From Bdellovibrionota bacterium (lineage in GTDB: Bacteria; Bdellovibrionota_C; UBA2361; JBIKUX01): 64,000 nt of DNA. The position numbers and the translations under genes are program-made. The notes below the pieces were generated by a model, which ran no database searches, was not told the origin of the DNA, and saw only the letters and a list, made by a program, of their open reading frames with translations. Location: NCBI GenBank assembly GCA_044347345.1, contig JBIKUX010000004.1:51110-115109 (forward strand). The letters run 5' to 3'. The stretch's first letter is position 1; each line of letters begins with the position of its first letter. Of the stretch, positions 31,704-42,783 are shown one piece after another.

Positions 31704-32396
31704 ATGTCATCTCAGTCAAAAACAAATCTACCGCAGATAATTGGGCGAAAGCTCGGAATGGCTCAGGTGTTTCGCCCTGACGGAACCTGTATAGCTGTCA
31801 CGGTCATCGAGGCCGGTCCCAATCAGGTGTTAGGGTTAAAGTCTTCTTCAGATCATGGATATGAAGCCGTCCGAGTCGGATTTTCGCCTATACCGGGTAA
31901 ACGGCTGTCTCAGGCAGTAAAAGGTGAGTTCATAAAAGCTGAGACTCCTAGTTTTAGATTTGTTCGCGAACTAAGATGCTCAGCCGATATATTAGGTGTA
32001 GCGTCGGTTGGTGATACAGTTGAGTTAGGCTCAATGTTTCCAGCAGGTACCTATGTTGATGTATCTGGGACATCTATCGGTAAGGGGTTTTCAGGGGTTG
32101 TAAAGCGGTTTCATTCCAAAGGTCAACCGATGAGTCGAGGGACTCACGAGTATCGGCGTCATATTGGGGCTGTTGGTTGTCGGAAGTTTCCAGGTAGGAT
32201 TTTCAAAAACAAGAAAATGCCGGGTAGAATGGGTGGTGAGAAAGTAACTATTCAGAATCTTGAAGTAGTAGATGTTCATGCCGACAAGCATATTCTTCTG
32301 GTAAAGGGTGGAATTCCTGGTCCAAAAGGTAGCCTTGTAAAAGTAAAAGTGGCAATTAAGCGCATCTCTAAAATTGGGAGTGGAAATGGAAGTTAG
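31704..32396 (+). CDS. rplC: 50S ribosomal protein L3
   Basis: GRKLGMAQVF, VDVSGTSIGKGF, KMPGRMG. Confidence 0.96.
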   Translation: MSSQSKTNLPQIIGRKLGMAQVFRPDGTCIAVTVIEAGPNQVLGLKSSSDHGYEAVRVGFSPIPGKRLSQAVKGEFIKAETPSFRFVRELRCSADILGVASVGDTVELGSMFPAGTYVDVSGTSIGKGFSGVVKRFHSKGQPMSRGTHEYRRHIGAVGCRKFPGRIFKNKKMPGRMGGEKVTIQNLEVVDVHADKHILLVKGGIPGPKGSLVKVKVAIKRISKIGSGNGS

Positions 32397-33042
32397 TTTA
32401 CGCTCAGTGGATGGGCTAGAAATAGGACGTCATCAAATAAAAACCTGTATTTCACAGTCAGGTAGCAATTACGAAGGATATGCTCCCTTAGTTCATGAGG
32501 TGTATGTTTGTTCTGCTTTAAAGTTTAGGCAGGGTACTCATTCAACTATTAACAAAGCTGCATTTAAGGGCGGTAGCCGAAAGCCATGGAGGCAAAAAGG
32601 CTCTGGAAGAGCTAGAGCTGGTGGAGCTGATTCACCTATCTGGGTTGGAGGGGCAATAGCTCATGGCCCCACACCTAATAAGAATTACCTCAGAAGGATG
32701 AGTTCAAGAAGTAAAGCATTGGCTCTTAGTGCTCTTTTGTGTTCAAGATCTGCTGAAGGCTCTCTTTTCGGGTTAGATAGTTCGCTTTCGTTATCCGCGA
32801 AGACGAAAGATGCAGACAGAGTCCTCAAGAGTTGTTTCTCTAACCAGAACTCAAAGATTCTCTTCGTTATTTCAGGGAAAGATGGTGATTCTCTGATTGC
32901 AAGAGCTGTAAGAAATATCCCTTACGTTTGGGTTTGTGAAGTTGGAAAAATAGGGGTGGCTGAAGTTTTACATACAGGTGCAGTAGTTTTTACAGCTGAA
33001 AGTTTGGAACTGTTACCGAAACGGTTTGAAAGATGGCTATAG
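32386..33042 (+). CDS. rplD: 50S ribosomal protein L4
   Basis: RQGTHST, KPWRQKGSGRARAG, SPIWVGG. Confidence 0.94.
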   Translation: MEVSLRSVDGLEIGRHQIKTCISQSGSNYEGYAPLVHEVYVCSALKFRQGTHSTINKAAFKGGSRKPWRQKGSGRARAGGADSPIWVGGAIAHGPTPNKNYLRRMSSRSKALALSALLCSRSAEGSLFGLDSSLSLSAKTKDADRVLKSCFSNQNSKILFVISGKDGDSLIARAVRNIPYVWVCEVGKIGVAEVLHTGAVVFTAESLELLPKRFERWL

Positions 33043-33104
33043 GCAATGTTTCTTAGTTTTTGGTCCGTAGTTTAAGTACTTAGTTACTAATTATAGGGTG
33101 TAGT

Positions 33105-33413
33105 ATGGATGAGAGTAATAAAGTTTCTCTCCGATCATTTAAGGTATTAAAAAGGCCTTTAGTCACTGAAAAAAGTGCAGGTGGTTTAGGAGAAAGAACG
33201 TTTTCTTTTGAGATTGACAGCAGAGCTACAAAAAACGACGTGCGTAGAGCAGTAGCAGCTTTGTTTAATGTAAAAGTCGAATCAGTAAGAACCTTATCGA
33301 TTCTCGGTAAGATAAAGCGTACAGCTCGTGGGTCAACTAGGCGTGCCGGTATTAAGAAAGCATATGTAACACTAGTTCCTGGTGAACGTTTAGAACTAGT
33401 TGAGGGAATATAA
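33105..33413 (+). CDS. rplW: 50S ribosomal protein L23
   Basis: [25 protein letters not shown]. Confidence 0.95.
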   Translation: MDESNKVSLRSFKVLKRPLVTEKSAGGLGERTFSFEIDSRATKNDVRRAVAALFNVKVESVRTLSILGKIKRTARGSTRRAGIKKAYVTLVPGERLELVEGI

Positions 33414-33415
33414 AA

Positions 33416-34237
33416 ATGGGAATGAAAAAGTATAGACCGGTCACTCCAGCACGTCGGCAGTATTCCGTTTCCGATTTCAGTGAAATCACCTGTGATAAGC
33501 CAGAGCGCTCATTACTTGCGCCGATTAGGAGAACCGGTGGTCGGAATAATCAGGGAAGGGCAACAAATATTAATAAGGGTTCCGGTCACAAGAAGCGCTA
33601 TCGCATAATCGATTTTCGTCGAGACAAGGTTGGTATTACAGCTGAAGTAGCAACAATAGAGTATGATCCCAATCGTTCTGTTCGCATAGCTTTGCTTAAA
33701 TATAAGGACGGTGATAAGCGTTATATTCTTGCGCCTTTATTGCTAAAGGTAGGAGACGTTGTATCGTCTGGGAACACGGCTGAGATTAAGCCAGGTAACG
33801 CTCTTCCATTGAAAGTTATCCCGACTGGGCAACCTATTCATGCGATTGAGCTCAAGCCAGGTAAAGGTGCACAACTCGTCCGCTCTGCAGGAAATTCAGC
33901 TCAGCTTGTAGCGAAGGAGGGTCGTTATGTGTTAATTAAGCTTCCTTCAGGTGAAATGAGGCGTGTTCTTGATTCGTGCATGGCCTCAATCGGTGTGCTG
34001 AGTAATCCCGAGCATTCTAACATAGAGCTTGGAAAGGCTGGAAGGAGTAGATGGTTGGGTCGCCGTCCACATAACAGGGGGGTTACCAAAAATCCAGTGG
34101 ATCACCCAATGGGAGGCGGAGAGGGTCGTACTTCAGGTGGTAGGCATCCTTGCTCCCCAACAGCTATACCTGCAAAAGGGTTTAAGACTAGAAAAAACAA
34201 AAGGACAGAGCGTTTTATTTTAAGACGCCGTCAATAA
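33416..34237 (+). CDS. rplB: 50S ribosomal protein L2
   Basis: [30 protein letters not shown]. Confidence 0.98.
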   Translation: MGMKKYRPVTPARRQYSVSDFSEITCDKPERSLLAPIRRTGGRNNQGRATNINKGSGHKKRYRIIDFRRDKVGITAEVATIEYDPNRSVRIALLKYKDGDKRYILAPLLLKVGDVVSSGNTAEIKPGNALPLKVIPTGQPIHAIELKPGKGAQLVRSAGNSAQLVAKEGRYVLIKLPSGEMRRVLDSCMASIGVLSNPEHSNIELGKAGRSRWLGRRPHNRGVTKNPVDHPMGGGEGRTSGGRHPCSPTAIPAKGFKTRKNKRTERFILRRRQ

Positions 34238-34286
34238 AATTATATTAGTTTTTTGGTTTACCAATTAATGTTTTAGAAGAAGTTAT

Positions 34287-34559
34287 ATGGCACGTTCACT
34301 AAAAAAAGGACCTTTTGTGGATAACAGTCTACAAAAGTGGTTAAATCGCGTAAAATCAGGTCTTCACCGGGGTCCAATAAAAACATGGTCTAGGCGGTCA
34401 ACGATCACTCCGGACATGATAGGGGTTTCGTTTGCGGTACACAATGGGAAGCAATTTACTGCTGTATTTGTGACAGAAAACATGGTTGGTCATAAGTTAG
34501 GTGAGTTTTCACCTACGCGCAATTACCATGGGCATACTTCTAAAAAGGGCAGTAAATAG
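34287..34559 (+). CDS. rpsS: 30S ribosomal protein S19
   Basis: [30 protein letters not shown]. Confidence 0.98.
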   Translation: MARSLKKGPFVDNSLQKWLNRVKSGLHRGPIKTWSRRSTITPDMIGVSFAVHNGKQFTAVFVTENMVGHKLGEFSPTRNYHGHTSKKGSK

Positions 34560-34579
34560 AGACAGGCTGGAGTTTGGTT

Positions 34580-34948
34580 ATGGCAAAAGAAATAAAAAAA
34601 AGTCGGCCTGTAAAGCCAGTGGCAAAAGCAATTCTTAGGAATGTGCATATTTCACCTCGTAAGCTCAGGCTTGTTGCTGATTCTGTACGTGGAAAGCAGG
34701 TGGAATTAGCGTTAAATATCCTCGGAGTTACACCCAAAAAAGGTGCTCGTTTAGCTGAAAAAGTATTGAAGTCAGCCATTGCAAACGCGCATTCAAAGCA
34801 CGGCGTAGATATTGATGCCTTATGGATTAGTCAAATTTATGTTGACATGGGACGAACCTTAAAGCGTTTTATGCCTCGAGCGCAGGGAAGAGCCACACCG
34901 ATCCGAAAGCGTTTTTCTCATATGATAATTGAAGTAGGTATACGGTAG
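34580..34948 (+). CDS. rplV: 50S ribosomal protein L22
   Basis: [26 protein letters not shown]. Confidence 0.97.
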   Translation: MAKEIKKSRPVKPVAKAILRNVHISPRKLRLVADSVRGKQVELALNILGVTPKKGARLAEKVLKSAIANAHSKHGVDIDALWISQIYVDMGRTLKRFMPRAQGRATPIRKRFSHMIIEVGIR

Positions 34949-34976
34949 GGTCTTTTTTAAGTTTTAAAAGGTAAGT

Positions 34977-35639
34977 ATGGGACAAAAAGTTAATCCGAAC
35001 GGACTGCGGCTGGGGCTGTTACGCAATTGGAATTCGCGTTGGTTTGCGACAAAGGAAAGTGGCCGGTATATTGGTGAGGATAGGAAACTTCGTAAATTTG
35101 TTAAAGACAGGCTTAGTAGTGCCGGAATTGCTCGTGTAGAAATTGAAAGAGCTCCAGCTCGTGTTCGTATTCATATACATACAGCTAAACCTGGCTTAGT
35201 AATTGGGAAGAAAGGAAAGGACATTGAAGATTTAAAAGCTGTTTTACGGCGATTAGTGGGTAGAGACGTACTCGTTAACATCATTGAGTCTCGTAAGCCT
35301 GATACAGATGCTCAGTTAGTAGCAGAAGCTATTGCGTTTCAATTAGAGAGGCGAGTGAATTTTCGAAGAGCACTAAAAGAGGCAGTTAATCGCGCTTTGC
35401 GGGCCGGTGCTGAAGGTGTTAAAGTCTGCGTCTCCGGCAGACTAAATGGGGCTGAAATTGCGCGTTCTGAGAAGTATATGGAGGGTCGGGTACCATTACA
35501 TACATTGCGAGCAGACATTGATTATGCAACAGCTGAGGCTCAGACCACCTATGGTGTTATTGGAGTAAAAGCGTGGATTTTTAAAGGGGAGCGTTTTTCG
35601 AAGGCTGATGCTACACCAGTTGAAGCGCTTATTGTTTAA
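34977..35639 (+). CDS. rpsC: 30S ribosomal protein S3
   Basis: [37 protein letters not shown]. Confidence 0.98.
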   Translation: MGQKVNPNGLRLGLLRNWNSRWFATKESGRYIGEDRKLRKFVKDRLSSAGIARVEIERAPARVRIHIHTAKPGLVIGKKGKDIEDLKAVLRRLVGRDVLVNIIESRKPDTDAQLVAEAIAFQLERRVNFRRALKEAVNRALRAGAEGVKVCVSGRLNGAEIARSEKYMEGRVPLHTLRADIDYATAEAQTTYGVIGVKAWIFKGERFSKADATPVEALIV

Positions 35640-35674
35640 TTTATATAGATTGATGGTGTAAGGTAAGGCAAGTC

Positions 35675-36100
35675 ATGTTAGTTCCAAAAAAACCGAGATA
35701 TAGGAAGCAGCAAAAGCAAGTTCGTCATCTGCTAGGCCAAGAGACCAGGGGATGTAATCTTGAGTACGGTGATTATGGGATTCGTGCAGTTGAGTCAGGT
35801 TGGATAACGGCTAGGCAGATCGAAGCCGCTCGTATAGCAATCAGTCGGCGAGCAAAAAGAGGTGGAAAAATCTGGATAAAGATTTTTCCTGATAAGCCAA
35901 TCACAAAGAAGCCTGCTGAGACAAGAATGGGTAGTGGGAAAGGGTCGCCTGAATATTGGGTAGCTGAAGTTAGAGCTGGTAGGGTCTTATATGAAATAAC
36001 TGGTGTATCTAAGGATATTGCTATAGAGGCTTTGCAGCTTGCAGTAAGTAAGTTGCCCATTAAATGTAAATTCGTAGAAAGAATGGAAACTATTCTATAG
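35675..36100 (+). CDS. rplP: 50S ribosomal protein L16
   Basis: [29 protein letters not shown]. Confidence 0.98.
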   Translation: MLVPKKPRYRKQQKQVRHLLGQETRGCNLEYGDYGIRAVESGWITARQIEAARIAISRRAKRGGKIWIKIFPDKPITKKPAETRMGSGKGSPEYWVAEVRAGRVLYEITGVSKDIAIEALQLAVSKLPIKCKFVERMETIL

Positions 36101-36165
36101 GATGGGAAGGGGTCTTTTAAGTTTTAATGGCCTGTTAAGTAACTAATAACCCAGTTGACGTATAT

Positions 36166-36408
36166 ATGAAAAAAAAAGATTTTCTTAAATCCGCTAGGTC
36201 TTCATCACGCCAGGAAATACTTTCGCGAGCAGTCGAAGTTTCTGAGAGATTACTTCGAGCAAGGTTTTCAAAAGCGGCTGGGCAACTGGCCAGTTCAGCG
36301 GAAATTAAAAATATTAAGAAGGAATTAGCTCGGTATTTAACTGTTATGGCTGAAATTACGCCGATAAGCCAATCTAATGTTAATAAAGCAAATGACAATA
36401 TCAGCTAG
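36166..36408 (+). CDS. rpmC: 50S ribosomal protein L29
   Basis: LLRARFSKAAGQL..SAEIKNIKKELARYLT; synteny. Confidence 0.88.
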   Translation: MKKKDFLKSARSSSRQEILSRAVEVSERLLRARFSKAAGQLASSAEIKNIKKELARYLTVMAEITPISQSNVNKANDNIS

Positions 36409-36455
36409 TAAAAATTAGTTTATTTTAGCAAGTTTAAAAATACTGGAGATACTCT

Positions 36456-36809
36456 GTGAGTAACGATAAGATTGTTGAAAGGCAACATACAGACATTAGC
36501 TGTTGCGATGGAAGTGAAATAAAGAAATCGTCTTTGAAAAAAACCCGTGAAGGGACAGTTGTTAGCAACCGTATGGATAAGACAATAGTAGTTTCTAGTA
36601 TCGTTCCTGTAAAGCATAAAAAATATGGGAAGTTTGTTCGTATAACTAAGAAGTTTTATGCACATGACGAGCACAACCAGTGTTTAGTAGGAGATAGGGT
36701 AAAGATAGTTGAAACAAGGCCGCTTTCTAAAACAAAGAGGTGGCGTGTGGTTGAAGTTAAGGTAACAGCTGGTGATTCATCATTAGATGGAATTCAAACT
36801 GTGGCCTAG
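36456..36809 (+). CDS. rpsQ: 30S ribosomal protein S17
   Basis: [28 protein letters not shown]. Confidence 0.96.
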   Translation: MSNDKIVERQHTDISCCDGSEIKKSSLKKTREGTVVSNRMDKTIVVSSIVPVKHKKYGKFVRITKKFYAHDEHNQCLVGDRVKIVETRPLSKTKRWRVVEVKVTAGDSSLDGIQTVA

Positions 36810-36886
36810 GTATTTTATTAGTGTTTAATTTGTAAGAACCCGTCGGGAACTCATAAAGAATTACACCAGGCGGACGGAGACAGCCA

Positions 36887-37255
36887 ATGATTAGTCTAAA
36901 AAGTGTTCTCTATGTAGCAGATAATACAGGTGCAAAGCGCGTCGTCTGCGTTAAGGTTTTAGGGGGGTCGCGTCGTCGCTATGCGTCTGTTGGTGATACG
37001 GTGGTAGTTTCAGTCAAGGAAGCTATACCGAACTCCAAGATCTCCAAGGGCGCTATTTATAAGGCTGTAGTCGTAAGAACCGCAAAAGAAGTATCTCGTA
37101 ATGATGGCTCTTATATAAAGTTTGACGATAATAGTGTAGTTCTTATAAATCCAACCGGTGATCCAATAGGGACAAGAATTTTTGGGCCGGTTGCTAGAGA
37201 GCTTCGTGCAAAAAAGTTTATGAAAATTATTTCATTGGCACCAGAAGTCCTATAG
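36887..37255 (+). CDS. rplN: 50S ribosomal protein L14
   Basis: [28 protein letters not shown]. Confidence 0.98.
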   Translation: MISLKSVLYVADNTGAKRVVCVKVLGGSRRRYASVGDTVVVSVKEAIPNSKISKGAIYKAVVVRTAKEVSRNDGSYIKFDDNSVVLINPTGDPIGTRIFGPVARELRAKKFMKIISLAPEVL

Positions 37256-37360
37256 TCTCCTAGAATTATCTCAGGGTTATGCTAGTGAAACTGGACTAGA
37301 AAAACATTGGACGGTTGTCAATAAACTTTTGATTGAATATAAATTTACTTGGATTGGCTA

Positions 37361-37705
37361 ATGAGAGAGACAAAATTAAAAGAAGGTGATACGGTTCTTA
37401 TTATTGCTGGCGGTAATAAATCCAGTAATCAGCTAAAGGGTAGAACCGGAAAAATTATCAGGTTTGTTGGTTCCCGTCGTGTATTAGTTTCTGGATTAAA
37501 TTTAGTATCAAAGCATAAGCGCGCTCAATCGGCAGATAAACCAGCGGGTATTAAACTTGTTGAAGCTCCTATTAGCATTGCAAATGTTATGTTTTACGTT
37601 GATTCAATTCAAAGGCCTGTCAGGTTGAAACTGCAAAAGAGGCCAGATGGAAAAAACATTCGTGGTTACTTAGATCCAGTTACAAAAGGGTTTGTCCCAG
37701 TTTAG
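37361..37705 (+). CDS. rplX: 50S ribosomal protein L24
   Basis: KLKEGDTVLIIAG KOW, EAPISIANVM. Confidence 0.93.
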   Translation: MRETKLKEGDTVLIIAGGNKSSNQLKGRTGKIIRFVGSRRVLVSGLNLVSKHKRAQSADKPAGIKLVEAPISIANVMFYVDSIQRPVRLKLQKRPDGKNIRGYLDPVTKGFVPV

Positions 37706-37748
37706 GCTTTAAATATTCGTTTAATTTACTGTAAGTAAAAGAAAAGTC

Positions 37749-38300
37749 ATGACCGATCTAGCAGAAAAATATCATTCAGTAGTAGTTCCTGCCCTTCAGA
37801 GCCGTTTTAATTATAGCTCTTGTATGCAAGTTCCAAAGTTATCAAAGATTGTTCTCAATATGGGTATCGCTGAAGCGGCATCAAACAATAAAATTGTACA
37901 ATTCGCCGAATATTCACTAAGTCAGATTTCTGGCCAGAAGCCAGTAGCAACTAGGGCAAAAAAATCTGTTGCGGCTTTTAAGTTGAGGGAGGGGCAAATA
38001 ATTGGTTGCATGGTCACTCTGCGTAAGCGAAGAATGTTCGATTTCCTTGAAAGGCTTTTTTATGTGGCTCTTCCTCGTGTAAGAGATTTTCGAGGTATAC
38101 CTCGTAGGGGCTTCGATGGAAATGGTAATTTTACTATGGGATTAAAGGAACAAATAGTTTTTCCAGAGATCGAAATAGATAAGCTCGATAAAGTAAGGGG
38201 TTTTGATATAACATTCGTCACCACGGCTAGGACGGACGAAGAGGGAAGGGTTCTGTTAGAGGAATTGGGTTTGCCTTTTAGAAAAAGTTCTGCAGCCTAA
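37749..38300 (+). CDS. rplE: 50S ribosomal protein L5
   Basis: [28 protein letters not shown]. Confidence 0.97.
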   Translation: MTDLAEKYHSVVVPALQSRFNYSSCMQVPKLSKIVLNMGIAEAASNNKIVQFAEYSLSQISGQKPVATRAKKSVAAFKLREGQIIGCMVTLRKRRMFDFLERLFYVALPRVRDFRGIPRRGFDGNGNFTMGLKEQIVFPEIEIDKLDKVRGFDITFVTTARTDEEGRVLLEELGLPFRKSSAA

Positions 38301-38378
38301 CGTTAAGGGACTTTTTTGTGAAAGTGATGAGCTTTGGAGCTCATTAGGGAATAAAATTGCGTAGTTTAATTAAATGTT

Positions 38379-38780
38379 ATGGTAACCGACACTGTTGCAG
38401 ATGTTCTAACAAGAATCAGAAACGCTCAATTGGCTGGGCATAAATCGGTACGGGTTCCGACGTCTCGCATGGTTAGGAGGTTTCTTGATGTTTTGGTAGC
38501 GGAAGGATTTATTGATACTATTAGTGATGCGGTGGATAGCGAAACTGGATTCAGTTTTTTGGATGTTGGACTACGCTACTTACAAGATGGTCGTCCGCTA
38601 ATTGCAACATGCACGCGCGTAAGCAAGCCTGGTCGACGGGTGTATTGTGGCACCGATTCTTTGAAGCAAAAAAAGTCTGGACTAGGAATAGCTGTTATTT
38701 CAACTTCTAAGGGCATCATGTCGGATAGGCAAGCAAAACGTTATGGGATAGGTGGGGAGGTTCTGGCCATAATTGGTTAA
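38379..38780 (+). CDS. rpsH: 30S ribosomal protein S8
   Basis: DTVADVLTRIRNA, SKPGRRVY, STSKGIM, GGEVL. Confidence 0.97.
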   Translation: MVTDTVADVLTRIRNAQLAGHKSVRVPTSRMVRRFLDVLVAEGFIDTISDAVDSETGFSFLDVGLRYLQDGRPLIATCTRVSKPGRRVYCGTDSLKQKKSGLGIAVISTSKGIMSDRQAKRYGIGGEVLAIIG

Positions 38781-38911
38781 ATTCAAAGTTGCATTAAGTC
38801 TAATTACAGAAATTTGATACGATAGAATCATTTGGATTTAAATTACCAGTCAAGCTAAAATATTAGACAAGTCAGTCTACCTAAAATTGTCGAAAGGAAC
38901 GAATATTTAAA

Positions 38912-39451
38912 ATGTCAAGAGTAGGAAAAAAGCCAATAGTTATCCCAAGTGGGGTAGATGTAGGGATTGATTATCCCAGTATCGCAGTTAAGGGGCCAAA
39001 AGGCTCACTTTCCATCAAGGTTGGTCGGGGAATTAGCGTAAAAAAGATAGATCAAACCATTCAAATTGGTTGCGATTATCCCTCTGATAAGCAGTGCAGA
39101 GCAAATTTCGGAACAGCCCGGGCGCTTATAGCAAACATGGTAGCTGGTGTTAGTACTGGCTGGAAAAAGTCACTTGAAATGACTGGCGTTGGGTTTAGCG
39201 CAAAATTAAACGGTTCCAAGCTTGTACTCAACGTAGGCTTTTCTCATGAGGTGGAACTTGAAGTCCCTTCAGGTGTTGTCTGCTCAGTAGGAAAGACGTC
39301 AGTAGCTCTTGAGGGCTGTGATAAAAGTTCCTTAAGTAATTTTGCCGCAAAAGTTCGTTCTATTCAGCCACCAGAGCCTTATCTTGGGAAAGGGATCAGG
39401 TATAGTGATGAAACTATACGGCGTAAAGCTGGTAAGACAGGGAAAAAATAG
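38912..39451 (+). CDS. rplF: 50S ribosomal protein L6
   Basis: MSRVGKKPI, VKGPKG, PEPYLGKGIRY. Confidence 0.97.
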   Translation: MSRVGKKPIVIPSGVDVGIDYPSIAVKGPKGSLSIKVGRGISVKKIDQTIQIGCDYPSDKQCRANFGTARALIANMVAGVSTGWKKSLEMTGVGFSAKLNGSKLVLNVGFSHEVELEVPSGVVCSVGKTSVALEGCDKSSLSNFAAKVRSIQPPEPYLGKGIRYSDETIRRKAGKTGKK

Positions 39452-39500
39452 CAGTGAAGAGTATTAAGCTATTGTGTTAGCTATTGAAAGGTAAAACATT

Positions 39501-39881
39501 ATGGAAGCTGAAAAGCGTAAGCGTCGGGCCGCTCTTGTTCGAAGTAAAATTAGGATAAGAAAAAAAATTTTTGGTACTGTTGGTCGTCCACGCCTGACTG
39601 TTTTTCGCAGTGATAAACATATATATGCCCAATTGGTTAACGATGATAGGTCAACAACCCTTGCTGCTGCCTCAACTAAGGAACATGAGATTATAGCTCG
39701 TGTTCCCTCTGGGAAAAGTTTGAAAAGTATTGAGGCGGCTCACACCGTTGGGTTGGTTCTAGGTGAGAGAGCGAAACAGGCTGGTATTACTTCCGTTGTA
39801 TTTGATCGGAATGGTCTTCCTTATCACGGAAGAATAAAAGGACTGGCTGATGGTGCACGGGGTGCTGGGTTACAGTTTTAG
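39501..39881 (+). CDS. rplR: 50S ribosomal protein L18
   Basis: RPRLTVFRSDKHIYAQ, VVFDRNG..YHGR. Confidence 0.97.
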   Translation: MEAEKRKRRAALVRSKIRIRKKIFGTVGRPRLTVFRSDKHIYAQLVNDDRSTTLAAASTKEHEIIARVPSGKSLKSIEAAHTVGLVLGERAKQAGITSVVFDRNGLPYHGRIKGLADGARGAGLQF

Positions 39882-39893
39882 TTGGAGATGTTG

Positions 39894-40427
39894 ATGAGTA
39901 CAGAGGGAAGCCGTTTAAATAAGGCTCGGATTGAAGAGGTAGGCGAGATTACAGAAAAGACTGTTGCTATCAATCGAGTTTCGAAAGTAGTAAAAGGGGG
40001 TCGTAGATTCAGCTTTAATGCTTTGGTAGTGTGCGGTGATGGACGCGGTCATGTAGGATTTGGTCTCGGAAAAGCGGCCGAAGTTCCTGATGCAATTAGG
40101 AAAGCTACTGAGCAAGCTCGAAAGTCCTTAGTAAAAGTTCCGGTGCGAGGTACTACCATTCCGCATGAAGTTGTTGGAAAGTTTGGACCAACATCAGTTC
40201 TTCTTAAACCTGCTAAGCCGGGTACAGGTGTGATAGCTGGTTCAGCTGTCAGAGCAATTGTAGACGCTGCCGGGATTAGAGACATTCGTACTAAGTGTAT
40301 CGGGTCAAATAATGCACATAATGTTTTACACGCAGTGATGGAAGGTCTCGGTAGGCTCACCAATCCGGAGATGGTAGCACTTGCTAGAAAAATTCCTTTG
40401 GAAGATCTTAATTATGCACCTTATTAA
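39894..40427 (+). CDS. rpsE: 30S ribosomal protein S5
   Basis: [27 protein letters not shown]. Confidence 0.97.
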   Translation: MSTEGSRLNKARIEEVGEITEKTVAINRVSKVVKGGRRFSFNALVVCGDGRGHVGFGLGKAAEVPDAIRKATEQARKSLVKVPVRGTTIPHEVVGKFGPTSVLLKPAKPGTGVIAGSAVRAIVDAAGIRDIRTKCIGSNNAHNVLHAVMEGLGRLTNPEMVALARKIPLEDLNYAPY

Positions 40428-40567
40428 AGTATAGTTTAGCTTTCTGGATTCTATTCAAAATAGTATTAGAAAAATTAAATCATATAATTAGGTTCGTCTA
40501 GCTAACGGTATATTACGTTTTGAATTTTATTTTTAAATTGCTTTCTTAATTCATAAAAAAGGTAAAT

Positions 40568-40786
40568 ATGTCTATTAATGAGACAATCAAGAAAACAACG
40601 GGTGATAAGATAATTCAAGTGACTTTGGTGCGAAGTCCATCTGGAAATAATAAGCGTATAAAGAGCACTTTAGAGGCTCTGGGTTTAACCTGGGTCGGTA
40701 GATCTCGTCAACATGTAGTAAACATGCCAGTGTTAGGAATGGTAAAGAAAGTAAACCATTTGGTAAGAGTTTCGTTACTATCTTAA
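40568..40786 (+). CDS. rpmD: 50S ribosomal protein L30
   Basis: VTLVRS..G, TLEALGL, GMVKKVNHLV. Confidence 0.93.
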   Translation: MSINETIKKTTGDKIIQVTLVRSPSGNNKRIKSTLEALGLTWVGRSRQHVVNMPVLGMVKKVNHLVRVSLLS

Positions 40787-40832
40787 GGTAAGGCTTGAGG
40801 TGGGTATATTTGTTGTGATTTAGGAGTTTTTC

Positions 40833-41336
40833 ATGCGTAGTCATTCAATAGAGCCGTCGATAGGCAGTCGCAAAACTCGCAAAAGAGTAGGCCGTGGAGA
40901 AGGTAGCGGACTTGGAAAGACCTGCGGTAGAGGTGGAAAGGGACAGACAGCGCGGTCCGGCGGTACCATCCATCGTCATTTTGAGGGTGGACAGATGCCC
41001 TTATATAGGAGAATTCCTAAATTGGGCTTCAGTTCACCAATTAGGCGTGCACGTAAAAATATATTTCATGTGGTTGGTCTCTCAGACGTTTTGTCATGGG
41101 TTAAAGGTGTGGACTCCTCGGAGAGCGGTGTCGTGATGGTCGATGCCTATCAAATTGGTAGAAAAGGTAGGAAGTGGAATTCACGCAAATATCCTGCTGG
41201 AGTGAAGGTCTTAGGTGATTGTAGTGACAAAGTTGGTGTACGCATTACACTCAGAACGACCGCAGTATCCAGTTCTGTACGAGATGCAGTTGAGGCAGCC
41301 GGTGGTAACATCGAGATAGTGCCGCCAGCCTTGTAG
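40833..41336 (+). CDS. rplO: 50S ribosomal protein L15
   Basis: RVGRGEGSGLGKTCGRGGKGQ, FEGGQMPLYRRIPKLGF. Confidence 0.96.
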   Translation: MRSHSIEPSIGSRKTRKRVGRGEGSGLGKTCGRGGKGQTARSGGTIHRHFEGGQMPLYRRIPKLGFSSPIRRARKNIFHVVGLSDVLSWVKGVDSSESGVVMVDAYQIGRKGRKWNSRKYPAGVKVLGDCSDKVGVRITLRTTAVSSSVRDAVEAAGGNIEIVPPAL

Positions 41337-41422
41337 GGTAAATTAATTGTTGAGTTAGAGAAATTAGCATACAGGTGTGATGTTCAACTGTAAAATTGTT
41401 AACTTAAACTAATAAGAGGTTT

Positions 41423-42748
41423 GTGTTAGGTACTGATGCCTTTGGAAAAATACCTGAACTCAGACGTCGAGTTTTGGTCACACTAGGTTTACTTGCTGTA
41501 TATCGTCTGGGAGTTTTTGTTTCAGTTCCTGGTATAGATGTAGCTAAATTAAAAGCTATGTTTCAGGCAGGCTCCGGTTCCTTATTTGGTTTAGTAAACA
41601 TGTTTTCCGGCGGAGCTCTTGAGAATTTCTCAATTTTTACGTTAGGGATTGCTCCGTATATTTCTGTGTCGATTATTGTGCAATTGCTTACGCCCTCAAT
41701 ACCTGCTCTAGATGCACTGAAAAAAGAGGGGGAAGCTGGTAAAAGGGTTCTGACGAGGTACACTCGGATTGGTACAATCCTACTTGCTCTTATTCAGGGT
41801 TTCATGATTGCTCTTGGCCTTGAAAGTCAAGGACTCACTCAAACCGGTGGTTTGGCTTTTCAAATTACTACGGCTGTTACACTCACTTCAGGGACGGCCT
41901 TTATAATGTGGTTGGGGGAGCAGATAACTGAACGGGGAATTGGGAATGGAATAAGCATTATCATTTTTGCAGGGATAGTCGCAAGAATGCCTAGTGTGTT
42001 TTTGTCCACGATTGTTCTAGGACGTACTGGTTCAATTTTACCGTCAGCTATATTCTTAGCCTTTTTAGTTTGTGTTTTTACTGTAGCAGTGATTGTATTT
42101 GTTGAAAGGTCTCATAGAAAAATACCTGTTCAGTACCCAAAACGTATGTTGGCAAACGGAGTATCGCAGGCACAAACTCAATTTATGCCACTTAAGGTAA
42201 ACATGGTAGGAGTTATACCCCCCATATTCGCTTCGGCTTTATTAGTTATTCCAGGCTATTTTGCAGGACTTAGCGAAAACCAGGTGGTTTCTGTTGTGTT
42301 GTCCTATCTAGCTCCTGGTCGCGCGGTTTATGAGATTCTGTTCGCCTCCTTAATAATTATTTTTAGTTTTTTTTACACATCAATAATTTTCAATCCTGAA
42401 GAGGTGGCTGAAAATTTAAAAAAAAATGGGGGCTTTATTCCCACAGTTCGGCCAGGGAAATCCACGGCAGAGTATCTATTTCAGGTTCTAAATAGGCTTA
42501 CAGTATGGGGTGCAATTTATATTGCAGCTATTTGCATTATTCCTCAGGTGATTTACATGAATCTTGGTGTCAATGATTTTGCTTACGTTTTCGGTGGTAC
42601 AGCGATATTGATTGTAGTTGGCGTAACTCTTGATACTGCGGCTCAAATAGAGTCCTACATTGTTACTCGTAACTACGAAAGTTTTTTAACAAAGGCAAAG
42701 AGAGGAAGTGTTTTAGGTGGCCGCCGAGGAAGGTTTCTTCAGCGATAA
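41423..42748 (+). CDS. secY: Preprotein translocase SecY
   Basis: SIFTLGIAPYI, WLGEQITERGIGNG, GVIPPIFA, GGFIPTVRPG. Confidence 0.97.
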   Translation: MLGTDAFGKIPELRRRVLVTLGLLAVYRLGVFVSVPGIDVAKLKAMFQAGSGSLFGLVNMFSGGALENFSIFTLGIAPYISVSIIVQLLTPSIPALDALKKEGEAGKRVLTRYTRIGTILLALIQGFMIALGLESQGLTQTGGLAFQITTAVTLTSGTAFIMWLGEQITERGIGNGISIIIFAGIVARMPSVFLSTIVLGRTGSILPSAIFLAFLVCVFTVAVIVFVERSHRKIPVQYPKRMLANGVSQAQTQFMPLKVNMVGVIPPIFASALLVIPGYFAGLSENQVVSVVLSYLAPGRAVYEILFASLIIIFSFFYTSIIFNPEEVAENLKKNGGFIPTVRPGKSTAEYLFQVLNRLTVWGAIYIAAICIIPQVIYMNLGVNDFAYVFGGTAILIVVGVTLDTAAQIESYIVTRNYESFLTKAKRGSVLGGRRGRFLQR

Positions 42749-42783
42749 CTTTTTTTGATTACATTGGTATTAAAAGCAAATCT

